A stretch of 64,000 nucleotides of DNA from Dudresnaya verticillata (lineage: Eukaryota). The stretch is from positions 1,240,001-1,304,000 of the forward strand of contig OZ374557.1 of NCBI GenBank assembly GCA_977862235.1, read 5' to 3'. Position 1 is the stretch's first letter. Every line of letters starts with the position of its first letter. The notes under the pieces were generated by a model, which had not been told where the DNA came from, searched no databases, and saw only the letters and a program-made list of their open reading frames with translations. Both the position numbers and the translations under genes were made by a program. Shown here one piece after another: positions 50,455-63,809 of this stretch.

Positions 50455-51700
50455 GTGTCGATGCGTTTCCAACAGCTGAGCGTCCGGCCGGGCGGCTGCG
50501 TGCGGGCTAGGCTCGCTTTTCGGGCGGTGGGGCTTCGGCTCCCCACCCCCACGATGGGTGCCATTGTACTCGACGCGCACCAAACCGGGTGGCCCTTATC
50601 ACTGGCGCCGATGCCAAAACAGGGGGCTTGCCTGCGCGTACAGCGCCGTGTCGACCCGGAACACTGGCACAGGTGCCTCCAGCAGTGGGCGTCGCGGCGA
50701 TTTGAGCGCTGGGGGTGGTCGCATCGATGCGGCCCCCCTGACGTAACTTAGCGCGTGGAGGCGTCTGCTGAGGGGCCTAGCTTGCCTGCTGGCCCCGCCT
50801 TAGTGCCAAACCCGTCGACGGGTTGGGTGGGACGCTAGTCCCATGGCTTGGTGCCAAGCTGCTACCGCGCTCAGGGCTTTGGCCTGGTGAGCGCGTAGGG
50901 TGGCGGTTTCCCCAGCCAGCTCCGTGCCAGGGGCGTCGATGCCCCTAGATAATTGGGCAGAGGCGCAGGCGTTTCTAATCCCATTTGGGCGATCCCAACT
51001 ATTTGTGTTTTGGTTACAGTAGACACTGTAGCCTGAACAAAAACCCTGGCCTCTGCGCTTTTGGGACGCACGCGTCCCAAATGTGAGTGATCGCGCGCCC
51101 GTGGGCCTGTATTTGGCAGGGGCCGGGCGTCTGCTGCGGTTCCCTCTGCCTTCCCATCATTGAGGAGGTTGTGCCGCTCATGCGTCGAAGCACTGCGGTG
51201 CAACCCGAAGGACGCCAGCTTTCTTGGCTCTGGCGCCCCACATCGACGTGGGGGCTGTGTAAGTTGGCGCCCCGCCCGGCTAGACGCCAGGGCGGTGGTT
51301 GTTGTTCGCCGATTGCGCGCGACTGCGGCACGGCGGTGGTGAAGGGGGCGTCGACGCCGGCCCTTCGCCATCTGCGTGCAGCTGCCACTTGCCGTCGACG
51401 TCAGTGGCGCTCAGGCTTGGCTGGCTTAGCGGCTCTCTAGCCGTCTTGCGTCAAGCTCCGACGCTCGTTTCGCGTGCGCATTTGGCGGGGACGCCCTGCC
51501 CGAGTCGACGCGGCGTGCGCATGCCCTGGTTTTGCCTGGGATTCTGCCTTGTGGCGTTGAGGCTGGCGCAGACGTTGAGGCGGGGCGCCACCGCCCATCG
51601 CCCTTGCGTTCACTCTTCGTTTCGGCGTTAGTGAGACAACTCGCGTCGAGGGGGTTGTCTTTTGCGAAGCGGGACGTCGCCACTGCCGGGCGTCGAGGGT
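50455..51700. repeat. ~1.24-kb direct repeat, copy 1
   Basis: Aligns to 53675-54917; near-identical core at 51080-51540 versus 54300-54760. Confidence 0.93.
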
Positions 51701-51899
51701 GCATTGGTTAGGGGCGGCAGCCTGTGCCGCCTTCCTACCGCCGGACGCCATATTCTGGCTCACTCCGTTGGGGTTTCCATGCGACGTTTCTTACGTCGGC
51801 TCTTTTCAGGAGCTCCGGATGGTGTACAGGGCAGCCGATGCCCTCTTCCTAACCCCGGACGACGAGTAGGCCCCTCCCCTGCTCGTCTCACTTCCCGAT

Positions 51900-53585
51900 A
51901 TGCGCACGGTGCCCATCGACGGGCCCGTAGATCGCACGCATCGTTTGGGTCATGCCGACTCTGCGCGCTGTCTCTTCGGCGTATGCTTCGGGGAGCGTGA
52001 TTGGGACGTGTACAAGGCCTTGGGCGAAGGACGCCGGTCAAAGGGGTGCAAGTTGCACCCGGCGCTCGACGCGTCTTGGTTTCGGTCGGCGGAGTGGTAT
52101 TCCCACCGCGACATGCTAGCGGGACTCACTGTCCCGTGGCCGACCGTCGACCGGTACTTTTTCTACGCGACGACTGGTCGCGTGGCTGCTCGTCTTGAGC
52201 TACTGGCTAGACTCTCGGATGAGTACGTCTTCGAGAAAGGCCGCCTCTACTGCATCGAGCTCCTCGCTAAGGGGACAGGCTGCGTCTTCCACGACCGCCT
52301 GATTAATTTCCTCGCGACCGGCTGGTCGAGCGAGAGGCCGTGTTTCCCGGACTTGCTACGTCCTTCGGATGGCAAGTCCTTTGGGTTCGGCGAGCTGCTC
52401 GGCGTAGTCCTCCGGGTTGCAGCTGCGACCGAGAATCACACGCGGAGGCGTCACTTCCTTTCACGCGTCGACGCGTTTGTGTGTGGATTCATGCCAGAGA
52501 CAGGAGCTCTCTATAATATTTCGCGCAACTGCGGCGCGCGGGACCGACGGGAGCGCGCCGAGAGCTCCGGATTTGCCTACATGGCCGACATGGCCCGGGC
52601 CGAGCGCGCCGGTGGTCTCCGTCGTGGCGTGGGTTCTAACCCCGGGAAGCAGCGGCCGTCATGGCAGCGGAGACTGAGTCGTACCTCCCGCCGTCCTCGA
52701 GGGCGTCTGCGCGTCGTGTTTCTGCCGCCGCTACGGCAGTTGCGGGACCGGTCGCTGTGGGGCCATCGACGGCCCATGCTCCTCCAGCCGCATTCGTCGA
52801 GGTATACCAGCCCCCACCGGCCCCGTCTGGGTCGCCGCCAGTGGCCTATATCCCACCTCCGCAAGTGGTCGACACACTGGACGAGGCGGTAGGTGCGGCA
52901 GTTGGGCCGATCGGACTATACGCAGCGCTGCCTCCTTGGCGTGCATCTGGCAAGGCGTGTCGATACGCACGCTCCTGCAGGCCCTGGCGTCGAGCGCAGT
53001 GGCGCTGCAGGAGGACGTCAATGCCTCCAACGCTGTCGCGGTTCGATACTGCGACGCGCGGGACGGCTTTGCCCGCGAGGTGCAGAGGCTCCGCGGGGAA
53101 TTCCAGCGCATGTCTCATGCGCCGGCCCGCAAGAGGCTGCGTGAGGAGTATCAGCCGCCCTGGACGGGGTACGTGTCGATACAGCCTATGCAGTCGTACG
53201 CTCCGGGCCCCTCTGGCCGGTTGCCCCTTGCCAACGTGCCGGGCAACTGATCTACCCAGGTGCTCAGAGCGGCGCAGTCGTGTCGCCGATTGCTGCAGGC
53301 GTCGTGCCGCATGAAGCTATTCTCCCGCACGTGAGGGACCAGTCGATGGGCCCTTACCGCCCTGCAGCCCCCATAGGTGGGGCCTCAGTGGCGTATGGAG
53401 GCTCGGCGCCTCCGCTTCCCTCCGTGAGTGCCCCTCCGGCGCCGGTGGCACCCACTACTGTAGTTGAGGGCTACCTGCCTGCGGCGCCGGCGGCGGACTC
53501 TGCGTCCGCCTTCCCGGCGTGGGTCCTGGGGGCGAGGGCGCCCAGTAGTTCTGCCTTAGTGGCTTATGCTATAGAAGCACCCTAG
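51900..53585 (+). pseudogene. Antisense accessory ORF in the 3' region of element E, frameshifted
   Basis: ORFs 51900..52892 (aromatic-rich, globular-looking N-part), 52661..53314, 52936..53250 and 53280..53585 (A/P-rich). Confidence 0.55.
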
Positions 53586-53674
53586 TTAGAGGCGGTCGAT
53601 CGCCTCGCTAGTTTTAAGACCGCCTCTGCGTGTCTGGTTCATTAAAGGGCAAGGGATGGGCAAATACTTCGGTC

Positions 53675-54917
53675 TGCATCGACGCGTTTTCAACAGCTGC
53701 ATCTTCGACCGCGTGGCTTCATGCGAGCTAGGTTCGTTTACCGGGTGGTGGGGCTTCCACGCCCCACTCCACTATGGGTGCCATTGCGCCCGACCCGCGT
53801 CCAAGCAGGGGACGGTCCTTCACGCGGGCGTCGATGCCATGCAAGGGACTTGCCTGCGCGCGCAGCATGGAGTCGACGTGGAGCGCTAGCGTAGGTGCCT
53901 CTAGTGTTGGCGTCGCGGCGCTCTGGGCGCCGAGGGTGATCTCATCGAAGTGGTACCCCGTGGCGTAGCTTGGCGCGTGGCGGCGTCTGCCGAACAGCTA
54001 AGCTTGCCCACGGGCACCGCCTTGGTTCCAAACCCGTCGACGGGTTGGGTGGGACGCTAGCCCCATGGCTTGGTGCCGCGGGCTCAGGGCTTATGTACCT
54101 GCCCGTTGATCGCGTGGGGCGGCGGTTGCCCTGCCAACCCCGTGCCAGGGGCCTCGATGCCCCTAGATAATTGGGCAGAGGCTCAGGGTTGTCTAATCAT
54201 CATTGGGCGATCCCAATCATTTGTGTTTTTGGATACAGTAGACACTGTAGCAAGAACAAGAACCCGCACCTCTGTGCTTTTGGGGCCCACGCGTCTCAAA
54301 TGTGAGTGAGCGCGCGCCCGCGGGCCTGTATTTGGCAGGGGCCGGGCGTCTGCTGCGGTTCCCTCTGCCTTCCCATCATCGAGGAGGTTGTGCCGCTCAC
54401 GCGTCGAAGCACTGCGGTGCAACCCGAAGGACGCCAGCCTTCTTGGCTCTGGCGCCCCACATCGACGTGGGGCTGTGTAAGTTGGCGCCCCGCCCGGCTA
54501 GACGCCAGGGCAGTGGTTGTTGGCCGCCGATTGCGCGCGACTGCGGCGCGGCGGTGGTGAAGGGGGCGTCGACGCCGGCCCTTCGCCATCTGCGTGCAGC
54601 TGCCACTTGCCGTCGACGTCAGTGGCGCTCAGGCTTGGCTGGCTTAGCGGCTCTTTAGCCGTGTCGCGTCAAGCTTCGACGCTCGTTTCGCGTGTGTATT
54701 TGGCGGGGACGCCCTGCCCGAGTCGACGCGGCGTGCGCATGCCCTTGTTTTGCCTGGGCTTCTGCTGCGTAGCGTTGGGGCTTGCGCAGGCATTTAGGCG
54801 GGGCGCCGCTGCCCATCGCCCTTGCGTTCACTCTTCGCGTCGGCGTTTGTCAGCCAACACGCGTCTACAGGGGTTGTCTTATGGGTAGCGGGACGTCTCC
54901 ATTGCCGGGCGTCGAGC
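53675..54917. repeat. ~1.24-kb direct repeat, copy 2
   Basis: Aligns to 50455-51700. Confidence 0.93.
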
Positions 54918-54953
54918 CGGTAGTGGTTAAACGCGCAGCCCCCAGCGTTCTTG

Positions 54954-57900
54954 CTATGCGCAGTCCGCGAAGCACCCCTGCTCCTTGGCCTCTGCCATCG
55001 GCGTGGGGTGATTCTCCCAAGTCGGCTCGGGCTCTTGGCTTTGGCAGCCGCAATTCGTGCCCGTGCCGTGGAGCTTAAGCCCCACGTGTTCTCGTCGATG
55101 GGAAAAGGCAAAGGCTGCCTGGAGAAAGGCAATGAAAGGAAAAGAATGCCTGGGACCCCCTCCTGAAGCACGAGGCGTCCCCGCCGAGCATGTGGGTGGA
55201 GGTGATGCGGCGTCTAGGCGAGAGGCCTTCTTGCGCCTCTGCGCGCGGAAGTATTGGCTGATCACCTCCTCCGGGAGATGGCATCGAGGTTCCCATGTAG
55301 GCTTAGTGTAGGCAGTCCACTTAATATGGAAGAGGAGTGTGCCGTCGTCGGCCGTCCCATGGTCCAAGACCTTGTCCACCATAAACCGCGGGCCGTTGAC
55401 GACCTTTGACGCGGGATATTCAGCGGTGGGCGAGTACGCGCTTCGACGCGAGTGGTCTTGCCGCCGAGGCGGGGGCAGAAGACGGCTCGGTCCGCTGAGA
55501 TGCCTTCGACCAGGCCGTCTCTGTCGATGAAGAGCGTGCGCTCGTCGTTGAGAAGCACGCGGTAAGGCCCGATAGCCGGGCTCTGCAACTTCTTTGGTTC
55601 CTTCACCTCGTCAGTTGCGTCGGTGAAGACATATTCTCCACCCTTGATGCGGGAGTTGGCCTTCTGGACCCGTCGGTCAAAGTTCTTTTTGTAACACCTC
55701 TGCGTTTTGGCCAAGGCTGCCGAAGCCTGGCCCATGGCGGTGTCTAACCGCTTGAGGAAGTCCGTTCGGATATCCTCACTAGGTTTCGGGCGGTCTACCG
55801 CCGAGTGAAACTTAGTAGATTCCGGCGGAGGCCACGACACCACTGAGCTAAATGGTGTCGTCCGCGTAGAGCGGTACACGTGACAGTTCTACGAATACGT
55901 CAACGCAGAGGCGTATCGATCCCAATCGTTTTGGTGATCGTTGAGATAGTTCCATCACATGGCCATGACGATCCGGTTGTAGCGTTCAGCCTGCCCATTC
56001 GACTGGGGGTGATACGCGGAGGTGGACACGTTGTTCAAACCCAAATACCGGCAGACGGCTTGGGAGAACTTCGATGTGAACTGCTTTCCGTTGTCGGAAA
56101 GCAAGGACCTAGGGGGCCCGTAGTGGAAGACCCACTGTTCACAGAAGACAACTGCGACGTTGTAAGTCGTAATAGTGCGCAGAGGTGCGACTTGAGTCAT
56201 CTTATTAAGGCAGTCCGTCATGAAGACGAAGAATTTGCGACCAGACTTGGTCTTGGGCAAGGGGCCCAGTATGTCGATAGCGACGGACTCCAGTGGCCTG
56301 GTGGCGGGGAACAGCTTCAGCCTATGAAGGTGTCTTCGCAGTCGAATGCGGTTACGGGCACTGTTCCTGTAGTTTCTTACTGTCATGGCGATGCTGGCCG
56401 CCATATGCGGCCAGTAGTAGGTCTCTTGCAGGGTGTAGAACATCTTGTTCTGCCCTGGGTGGTCCGCGAGGAGGGAGTGGTGCGCGAGCGTGAGCAGTCG
56501 AGGCTGTAACGACTCGGGCACCACTATCTGCTCTAGCGAAGCTATGATCAGATGATTGCGGCATAGAAGCCCATCCCCGTCCTCGTAGAAATGGCTATCC
56601 CGTCGACGGGACTGCCTTGCCAGTACTGTCTGGCAGAAAGAGTCGTGCCGCTGCGCGTCCACAAATTCCTCGACGGAAATAGGTGAAGGGAACTTCACTG
56701 GCTCCACGGACGTCAAGTCCGACGGCTCGTCTCCCGCGTTGATGCGGAGGAGATCGAAGAGGTCTAGATATATCAGGCAACACTGCCATCGGACTCCGCT
56801 GAGGATGATGTCCAGTGCGCGCTGGAAAGTCGCGGGGCGTCCTTAACCCCTGCACGAAGCATGTTATCGACCTCTTCCTGTACCAGTTTGCGCATGTCAG
56901 GGCCCTTTCGATAGTCGATAGGGCATGTAGCGTATGGGGCGAGTGCCCCATTCCACCTCGATGTGGTGTCGGATGGCGGCAATAGTGCCCAGCCTCCCGT
57001 CCCACATGGACTGATGTTTCCTTAGCATGGAGAGGACCGCCTTGCGGGTGACCTCGTCGTTGATAGACGAGAGATCTACCTGCGCCTCCCAGTCCTCGAC
57101 GAATGGGTTGGCCTCCGCTTCGCCGGTAGCTGCGCCTTGCAGCGGGTGGGCGGCGACGCCCTTCGCCGTTGACGGCGGGGTGGATGGTTCGACGCCATCC
57201 TTGTTGACCGGGGGCCTCTGCCCCCGTGGTGGGAGGGTGGTGATATTCATCACCCGTCCGAACGCCTCCGCGACTTTGCGGTCTGGCGGTATCAGCGCCG
57301 GGTTCCTAACATCTTAGCCGACAACGGTACCCTTAGGCAGGGTTCGAGGTTTGTCGGTGAAGTTCCCGACGATGACCCAGAAGGGTCGTATCGACTCGAC
57401 ATCGTGCACCCCTTTGGCCAGTCTCACGCAGTGGTGGAATCGCAACGAGGGTTTAGGTTCGATGTGGATCAGCCCACTTGCTCCCGACGTCACGGAGACG
57501 AACCTTTGGGAATAGGCTCGGAGCACTACCTGCCTAGAGAGGCGAATGGTGTGGGTGTCGTGATCCCAGTCGAGGAGCTCCCTCTGGTGCCTCCTCGACA
57601 AACCCGTCGACGGGTTCTTCGGCTTCGATGCCTGGTTACTTTCCTCTGCAGGTCAACTGCGCTTGAGGAGGGGCACTGAGCCCCCGCACCGGAGCGACAG
57701 GCGTTTCGAATCGATATCGATGCCTCCCACGTGCGCTTTGAGGAACTGTGTTCCCACCAGGACGTCTGCGGCCAAGTTGTCAGCCACTATTAATGGCACG
57801 CGGAACGTCGCATTCCCCAACCTCATCGAGCGGTGCGCCACCCCTGATAGGCTCAGTGGGGTCTTATCAGCCCCGGCGAGGCGAGGAGTCGACTCCATCG

Positions 57901-58105
57901 CCGCCTCATGCTGATCCCATCCGAGTGGCAGCGCCCACTTCGCGATAAGGTTGTACCCGGAGCCGGTGTCCACCGCAATGGTGTGGGGTATCATTACCCC
58001 TGGGTCAGCGCCTAGCCACCCAGACACTCGGTACATCTCCGAGGAAAATAGGCACACATACCCGTCTGGGGTAGTGGCCGGCTCCGCGTCGACGCCGTGA
58101 GCCAT
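54954..58105 (-). pseudogene. pol: pol of E (PR, RT stubs, IN, chromodomain)
   Basis: AVDTGSG; RT stubs EEVDNMLRAGV and PATFQR..CLIYLD; SDNG/YHPQSNGQAER; GPY; VDKVLDH..FHIKW..PTWEP. Confidence 0.9.
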
Positions 58106-58599
58106 GGCACCTTCGCGTCGAGCAGAGGGTGCCTCGGGTTCCGTCGATGGACACCTACGTGCCCGGCGACGTGCCTGTCACTTGCGTCGACTCCGTGGGG
58201 GCCAAGGTGGCCTGGAGCGCGTGGCCTTCGACGGCTCTTCGAGTAGGGGGCCCTCACCGTTGCTTGGTGAGGAGGTCCTCCGTTGGTCTGGACTCGACGT
58301 CCCACCTGCCGTCGACGGCTTTGCGCAGGGTGGTGGATCTGGGTAGAGAGAGACGGTGCGCGCGACCGCATGAACGGCGCCTCCTCTACTCTCTTTCCGG
58401 TTCGACTCGGTCAAAAATATTTTCGGAATCCGAGCTATCTTCCTCGGATCCCATTGGCTGGCTAGACGCCCGGCCTGTGCCTCACGTCGATCGCAGCAGC
58501 GTGTCAAAAAGGAGCTCGCTGCTTGCCCTGCTCCCGGGCGGACTCGCCCTTGCTAAGCACGCCGAGCGCTCGCGGGAGCCACTCGTCGGCTGCTAGCCC

Positions 58600-60850
58600 G
58601 GTGTGCTCCTGCACGTTCATCACTGCACGGAGCAGTTCGCGCTGCGGGTTGGGCCTCGAGGTCGTCGACCCCCGAGGTTGGCGAACGGCTTGGTCGTCAA
58701 ACCCGACCCGCTTGTCGCGAGTGAGGAACCGCGGGACGTCTGCCCTTCGATACTCGCTGCGCGGAGCTCCACGATCCCCGCGGTACCTTTGCGGCTCCCC
58801 GCGATACCTTTGTGCGTCAAAGCGCTACGGGGGACCTCTCGCGTCGAACCGTCGGTCCCCAACCGCCGGCGCGTCGAAGCGTCTTGCGGTGTAACTTGCC
58901 TTGGCGCCTGCCGGCTTGCGCTCGTTGATGAGCTGCTGCAAGTTTTTGCGCGCTTGCGGCAGCGTCTCCGGTCTATGGTTGCAGTTCGCATACGAGCAGT
59001 ACAACTGCTGTTACTTAGTCAGGAATGGGCACGCGTACATTATGTGCCCGAGTGCTCGGCAGAGCCAGCAGATATACCACCCCTGTCGATCAGGGTGACA
59101 GAGCGGGCCATTGCCTTTTGCGCCGGTGTGAGGAGGGATCCTCCTCGGCAGGACTGCGTCGATGCGTCCTGATATGTCGAGGGTCTCCTCGGCTTGCGCC
59201 GCCCCGGCTGTTGACAGCGCGGACACGATCATGACGGATTCGAAACCATCATCATCGGGCGCCACCAATATCGTGCCGTCGAAGGCCGAATCCCTATCGG
59301 GGGTGTGTGGCGCCTTGATAAGCAGCGTACGGCCGCTTGCCGAGCACTTCCCCCTACCGCGCCTCGAATCGATAGCCGGCATCGATGCCTTGGCCATGCG
59401 TGCGCGGTAGGTTGTGCCCTCACTCTTGGCGATCTGACGAATGGTACTGAAGTTGGTCTGCTCCACCATTGGCATCTGCCTTACCTTCTCCGTCACTGCG
59501 GGTCGGGTGGTTGGAAGTAGACCACGCAGGAACTGGTGCGTCAGGTTCTCGTCTGAGCAGACGCCGGCACAGTCATCTGCGTAGCCCTCTCGACGAGAGG
59601 CGAACTCGAGTTCTGGCACGGCGTCCCGCTGCCGGGCGGTGACCAGTCGGTCGTGCGCGTCGGCGATCACGTCGTCGGTGACGAACCTCTCGACGATGCT
59701 ATTGACCACCGAGGCGCAGCACGGGGGATTCCACGACTAGTCGTCCGGACCCCCGAGAAAAGGTGACTCGAATACACCTGGGGTGCCGTTCCGTCTAGGA
59801 ACCAGGACACCACTCGCGCCGCTGCGCCTTCCGACAGGCCGACGCCGTTGAAGGATTAGCGTAGCTTTCTAAGCACGCCGAGCAAGCGGATAGGCTCCTT
59901 GCCGTCGTAGCGATCTAGCCGCAGCATGAGAGCCTTCATCCTGCTGATAATCTTGGCGGTGTTGCCATTGTAGACTTGCTACTGACTGCCTCGCTGCCCT
60001 ATGTAGTCTAGACGATAGGAGCGGTAATCAAACCCCTTTGCGAATTCGGGGACCAAGGTTCTCAGAAGCTCGACGCCCAGCATCAATGGTCCCCAGTGTC
60101 AGTAGGCCGACATGGGATCCTCGTGTGGTGAGGGGCTAGACGCCCCTCCTTCTCCGTGCCCGTCGAGGACGCGTTGCAGTAGCTTGTTTGCGACGCCGTA
60201 GAAGGGGTTGTCATCTCTTGTAGGACGAGGGGACCCTTGTCCAATCCTAGGCGGAGAGGCCGATGGCGAAAAGGGAGTTCGCTGAGCACGACGCTCAGCG
60301 AGGAGGGCTTTGGTCAGCTCGCGACCCGGATCCGCTTGAGACGGCGATCGCGGAGGACGGTTCCGCACCGGCGACGGGCTAGGCACCCGCTGGTCCTACC
60401 GCGCCGGCGCATGCTCAATCAACTCGATGCGTTGGCTTAGCTCGTCGAGGAGCCCTTGAGTTCGGGTTAATCCTTCCTCGACGGAGGCGAGAGTTCCGCG
60501 TCGAAGCGACGCCAGGTCACGCGGACCTTGTGCCCGCGCTTCTGCGACTGAGGCCATGAATGTGGTATACACTTCCGAGAGTGATTCCATGGTCCCCTCG
60601 TAGAGTAACTGGAGGTCGGTCGCAGAGATCGTTGTCCCTCCTAGGGTCTTGGCTATAGCCGCCCTGCGCTCGATGTGCGGTTCCTCTAAGGGCACTCCTG
60701 AGAGGCCGACGTTACTCAGCAGGGAAGTGCGTCGACCGCCAACTTCACCTGCCGCGCGTCTGTCGAACCTGCACCGGCTGAAGTAGGTAGCGGTGGCATT
60801 CCTGGCCTCGATCGCGTCGACGCGAGAGGTGATAGGGTCTTCTGCGACTT
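58600..60850 (-). pseudogene. gag: gag of E, disrupted
   Basis: ORFs 60396..60875, 60099..60386 and 59011..59709, with the CCHC knuckle CWLCRALGHIMYAC. Confidence 0.8.
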
Positions 60851-60852
60851 CC

Positions 60853-60866
60853 AGGTCGGGAGACCA
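60853..60866 (-). promoter_or_regulatory. PBS of E
   Basis: TGGTCTCCCGACCT one base after the LTR end ...CTATGCCACA. Confidence 0.8.
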
Positions 60867-60867
60867 G

Positions 60868-61701
60868 TGTGGCATAGACGTCAGGTCGAACTAACGTCTA
60901 GCGCGGCTGGTCTCGTCTTCGCACCCAGACCCGTCGAAGGGAGGTAGCGGTAGGTGGTAGAGCGGTGGTGTCGGCCGCGTGCGCCGTCGACGGTCGCCGA
61001 TCAACGGCGTCGAAGCCTGAGCGCGCACGGGGCGGACCGTGTGCAGGCGGCAGCGGCCGGATTCCTGCGTCCCCGTCGTGGGACGGCACGAAGCCGACGG
61101 TGGGAAAAGTAAAATGAAAGCCTAGGCGGCGAGGGAAAGAGGGAAGCCGTAGGGCGAAAGACTGGGAAAGAAACCCAAAGCAGAAAGGGGCAAGCCTGGC
61201 GTAGGATGGCTTGCCTTTGTTTACTCAAGCACGGAGGGGCGACTACTAAATAGACTACAGGGCCTGCGGCGGCACCAACCCGGGATGTGCGCCGGCGCGC
61301 CCCGATACGCGTCGACGCGTACGGGTAACGGTAACCCGGGGGTGCGCGTGGGCGAAACGGTCCACACGTACTCAACGGCTCGACGCCGGAGTACGCGCGC
61401 GCGTGTCACGAACTCAACGGCTCTACGCCGGAGAGCGTGCGCACGGCGCGCGGGAGGGCAGGGCGTTCGACCGCCGCTTACACTAGACAGTGCTGTACAC
61501 TACACAAAAATAAACGTACAAGTTACACGGGAGTGTCAGTGTCACACGCGTACACGCGTACGCGCGGGCACCACAGCACACTTCCTTACAGTTCAACGGG
61601 GCTTCGACGCCACCGGCTGACAGCGTGCACACAGCGGTGCACACGTGGCGCAGCTGGTCTTACAGCTGCGCTAGTACCTCTTTGCTTTACAGTATATCCG
61701 C
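60868..61701 (-). repeat. 5' LTR of E (outer end approximate)
   Basis: 60868-61100 aligns with the reverse complement of 44215-44441. Confidence 0.75.
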
Positions 61702-63343
61702 GATAATTGCATATTGACGGTTGCAGGGAAGCCCATTCAATAGGCGGTCTATGCAACTATCGGAACTGTAAGGTGCATTGTTGCATCAATCAAAAGGACG
61801 TGTACTCATAGTGTGCGAGACACGGGGTCTACTGTATAGAATGATCATTCGGGAAGACGGTCGAGGGGATGAGCGCGGTGGGCAGCCGGTTAAGTATCCC
61901 GCAGGAACCGGTCACGTCGTATGGACGGCCGTCGGCTATCGTCTAGGGTTACAGTACCTAATTACAGTGTCTTACATTTCCCCTTCTGATTCGGAGAGAA
62001 GCCTTTCCCGCCATTTCCTCCTTGCTTCGAAACATGCATAGGAGGCCTCTGAAAAAGAGGGGCGGTGTCCACATTGGGTGGAAGCGGGCGGCTTGAGGCA
62101 ATGTGCTGACGTCGGAAAAATAGCAATGTGCTAAATCGGGAAATATCGTCCAAATTTCGGGCGGGAGGCTTGACCCAATAAATCAGACCGAAATTCAGGG
62201 ATTCTCGAAGAATCAAATTTGTATGAATAGGCCCACAATGATTCGTCGGAAGCGCCATACCGGGAGCTGAGCCGAGCATTAATTTCCCGGGGTATATAAG
62301 CGCTACTGGGTGTGCCCTGCTACCCCCACTCTGCTCTGGTCACGAGCTGACCTGGCCACGCAGCACCACAGGATGTCCTGGTTCGCTTGTGGACTCGTTT
62401 TTACTCAAATGTTAGCTTGCTACCACTCCTTCTCGCCGATTGACTGACCCACGTAGCGGGCATCAAGAAACCTATATTGTGCCGGTCCGAAGCTTCGCGC
62501 TCAACTTTGGGGGGAAACCTCAAAGGGAGAGGTCGCGTTACTTTACGACATCGAAGCGTCGTGTAAAGGCCTGGTAGCGGGTCCCAGTTGCAAGTTAGGG
62601 GGCTTCAAAACCATCTTAGACTCTTGGGTTGATTGCAACATCTTCTTCTTATTCATGGGTATTCGAAACGGTGCGATACTTGCGAATATGCCACAGATTT
62701 CTGACAGTTTCTTCCTTTTTTGCGAGCGGATCATCCGCCAGCGGAACGGTTGCGGTCCAATCCATAAGACGAGGCTTGCAGCATAAAAATGGACTTCTAT
62801 TGGGGAAGCTGAGCCGCAGTTAGTTCTTCTTGTCAGCTCTTGCTCGCGGCTTGGGAACAGTTGCTGTTAGAATCCATACGGTGTTTCGATACTGGGAATC
62901 GTGAAGCATGAACACTCTTTTGCTTGGTGTTCCGCAGTGATTCTCGGATGTAGCGGCGGCTCGATTCTTGTTTGATTCAGCCTTGGTCATGTCATCTGCA
63001 TGATTGCTATCACCGGGGATAAGGCATATTTAAGCGCTTCTTCAGTCGTGAATCGCCTCGCGGCATCGGGATCAAATCTCGAGGGATGGAAGGAACCATT
63101 TCATTCATGGGGATGTCCCAAAGGGTCTGGTTGTTGATGTACGCGACAATGGGTACCTCCTGCTTGCAAGCTGGAAGTTTATAATTCGCAGGTTGTTCAG
63201 TCAGCGAGGTGCGGCGTCTAGTGCCATATTCTCGGACCCTTCCGTGGAGTGTTCTCCTCGTAGTGTATGTGGTGTAGGGAGAAGCACACCCGTAAGGAGA
63301 GCTGATCAGGCAATCCCAATAAGTACTTTTCTCACCAAACCGG

Positions 63344-63809
63344 TGTGGTAGAGCCTAGTTTGTAGCCCGAAGAGAGTACCACGGGCGACAACACCTGTAA
63401 GGAGAAAAGGGAACCAACGGGCAAGGGGCACGGTACAATGCCAGGGCACTTACCCCGAGACGGAGATAGAGGTATCCATGGACGGGACTAGCTCGGGGAA
63501 ACCGTGAAGGAGTTCGAGGGTAAGTCTTAGGGTAAAGGACTTGGCCCAGGGTTGCTTGCCCGTTTACTGCAGGGTCCGCGTTGGTCACACATTAAATAGT
63601 GTGAGATATGCCCCGCGGCCCCGTCCGTGTGGGCCAGTCCCGGATAGGTCTGGTCCACTGGGTGGATCTGCCCCTGGTGGTTGCAGTCACCGCTGCGGAC
63701 ATGTTCGGAATTCTTGTTGGCCGGTATTACACTACTTACCGTACAGAATCAATACAGTTACCTAATTAAAATTGAATCAACTATTTGGCTCCGATTGGTG
63801 GGTGCCACA
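63344..63809 (-). mobile_element. Possible LTR fragment
   Basis: Begins TGTGGTAG followed by purine-rich sequence, like 28962. Candidate far end GCCACA; no TSD. Confidence 0.3.

Larger units (their letters stand above)
50455..61701 (-). mobile_element. Gypsy element E with internal RT/RNase H deletions; 3' boundary uncertain
   Basis: 5' LTR 60868-~61701, PBS 60853-60866, and gag, PR, IN and chromodomain fragments. Confidence 0.85.
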
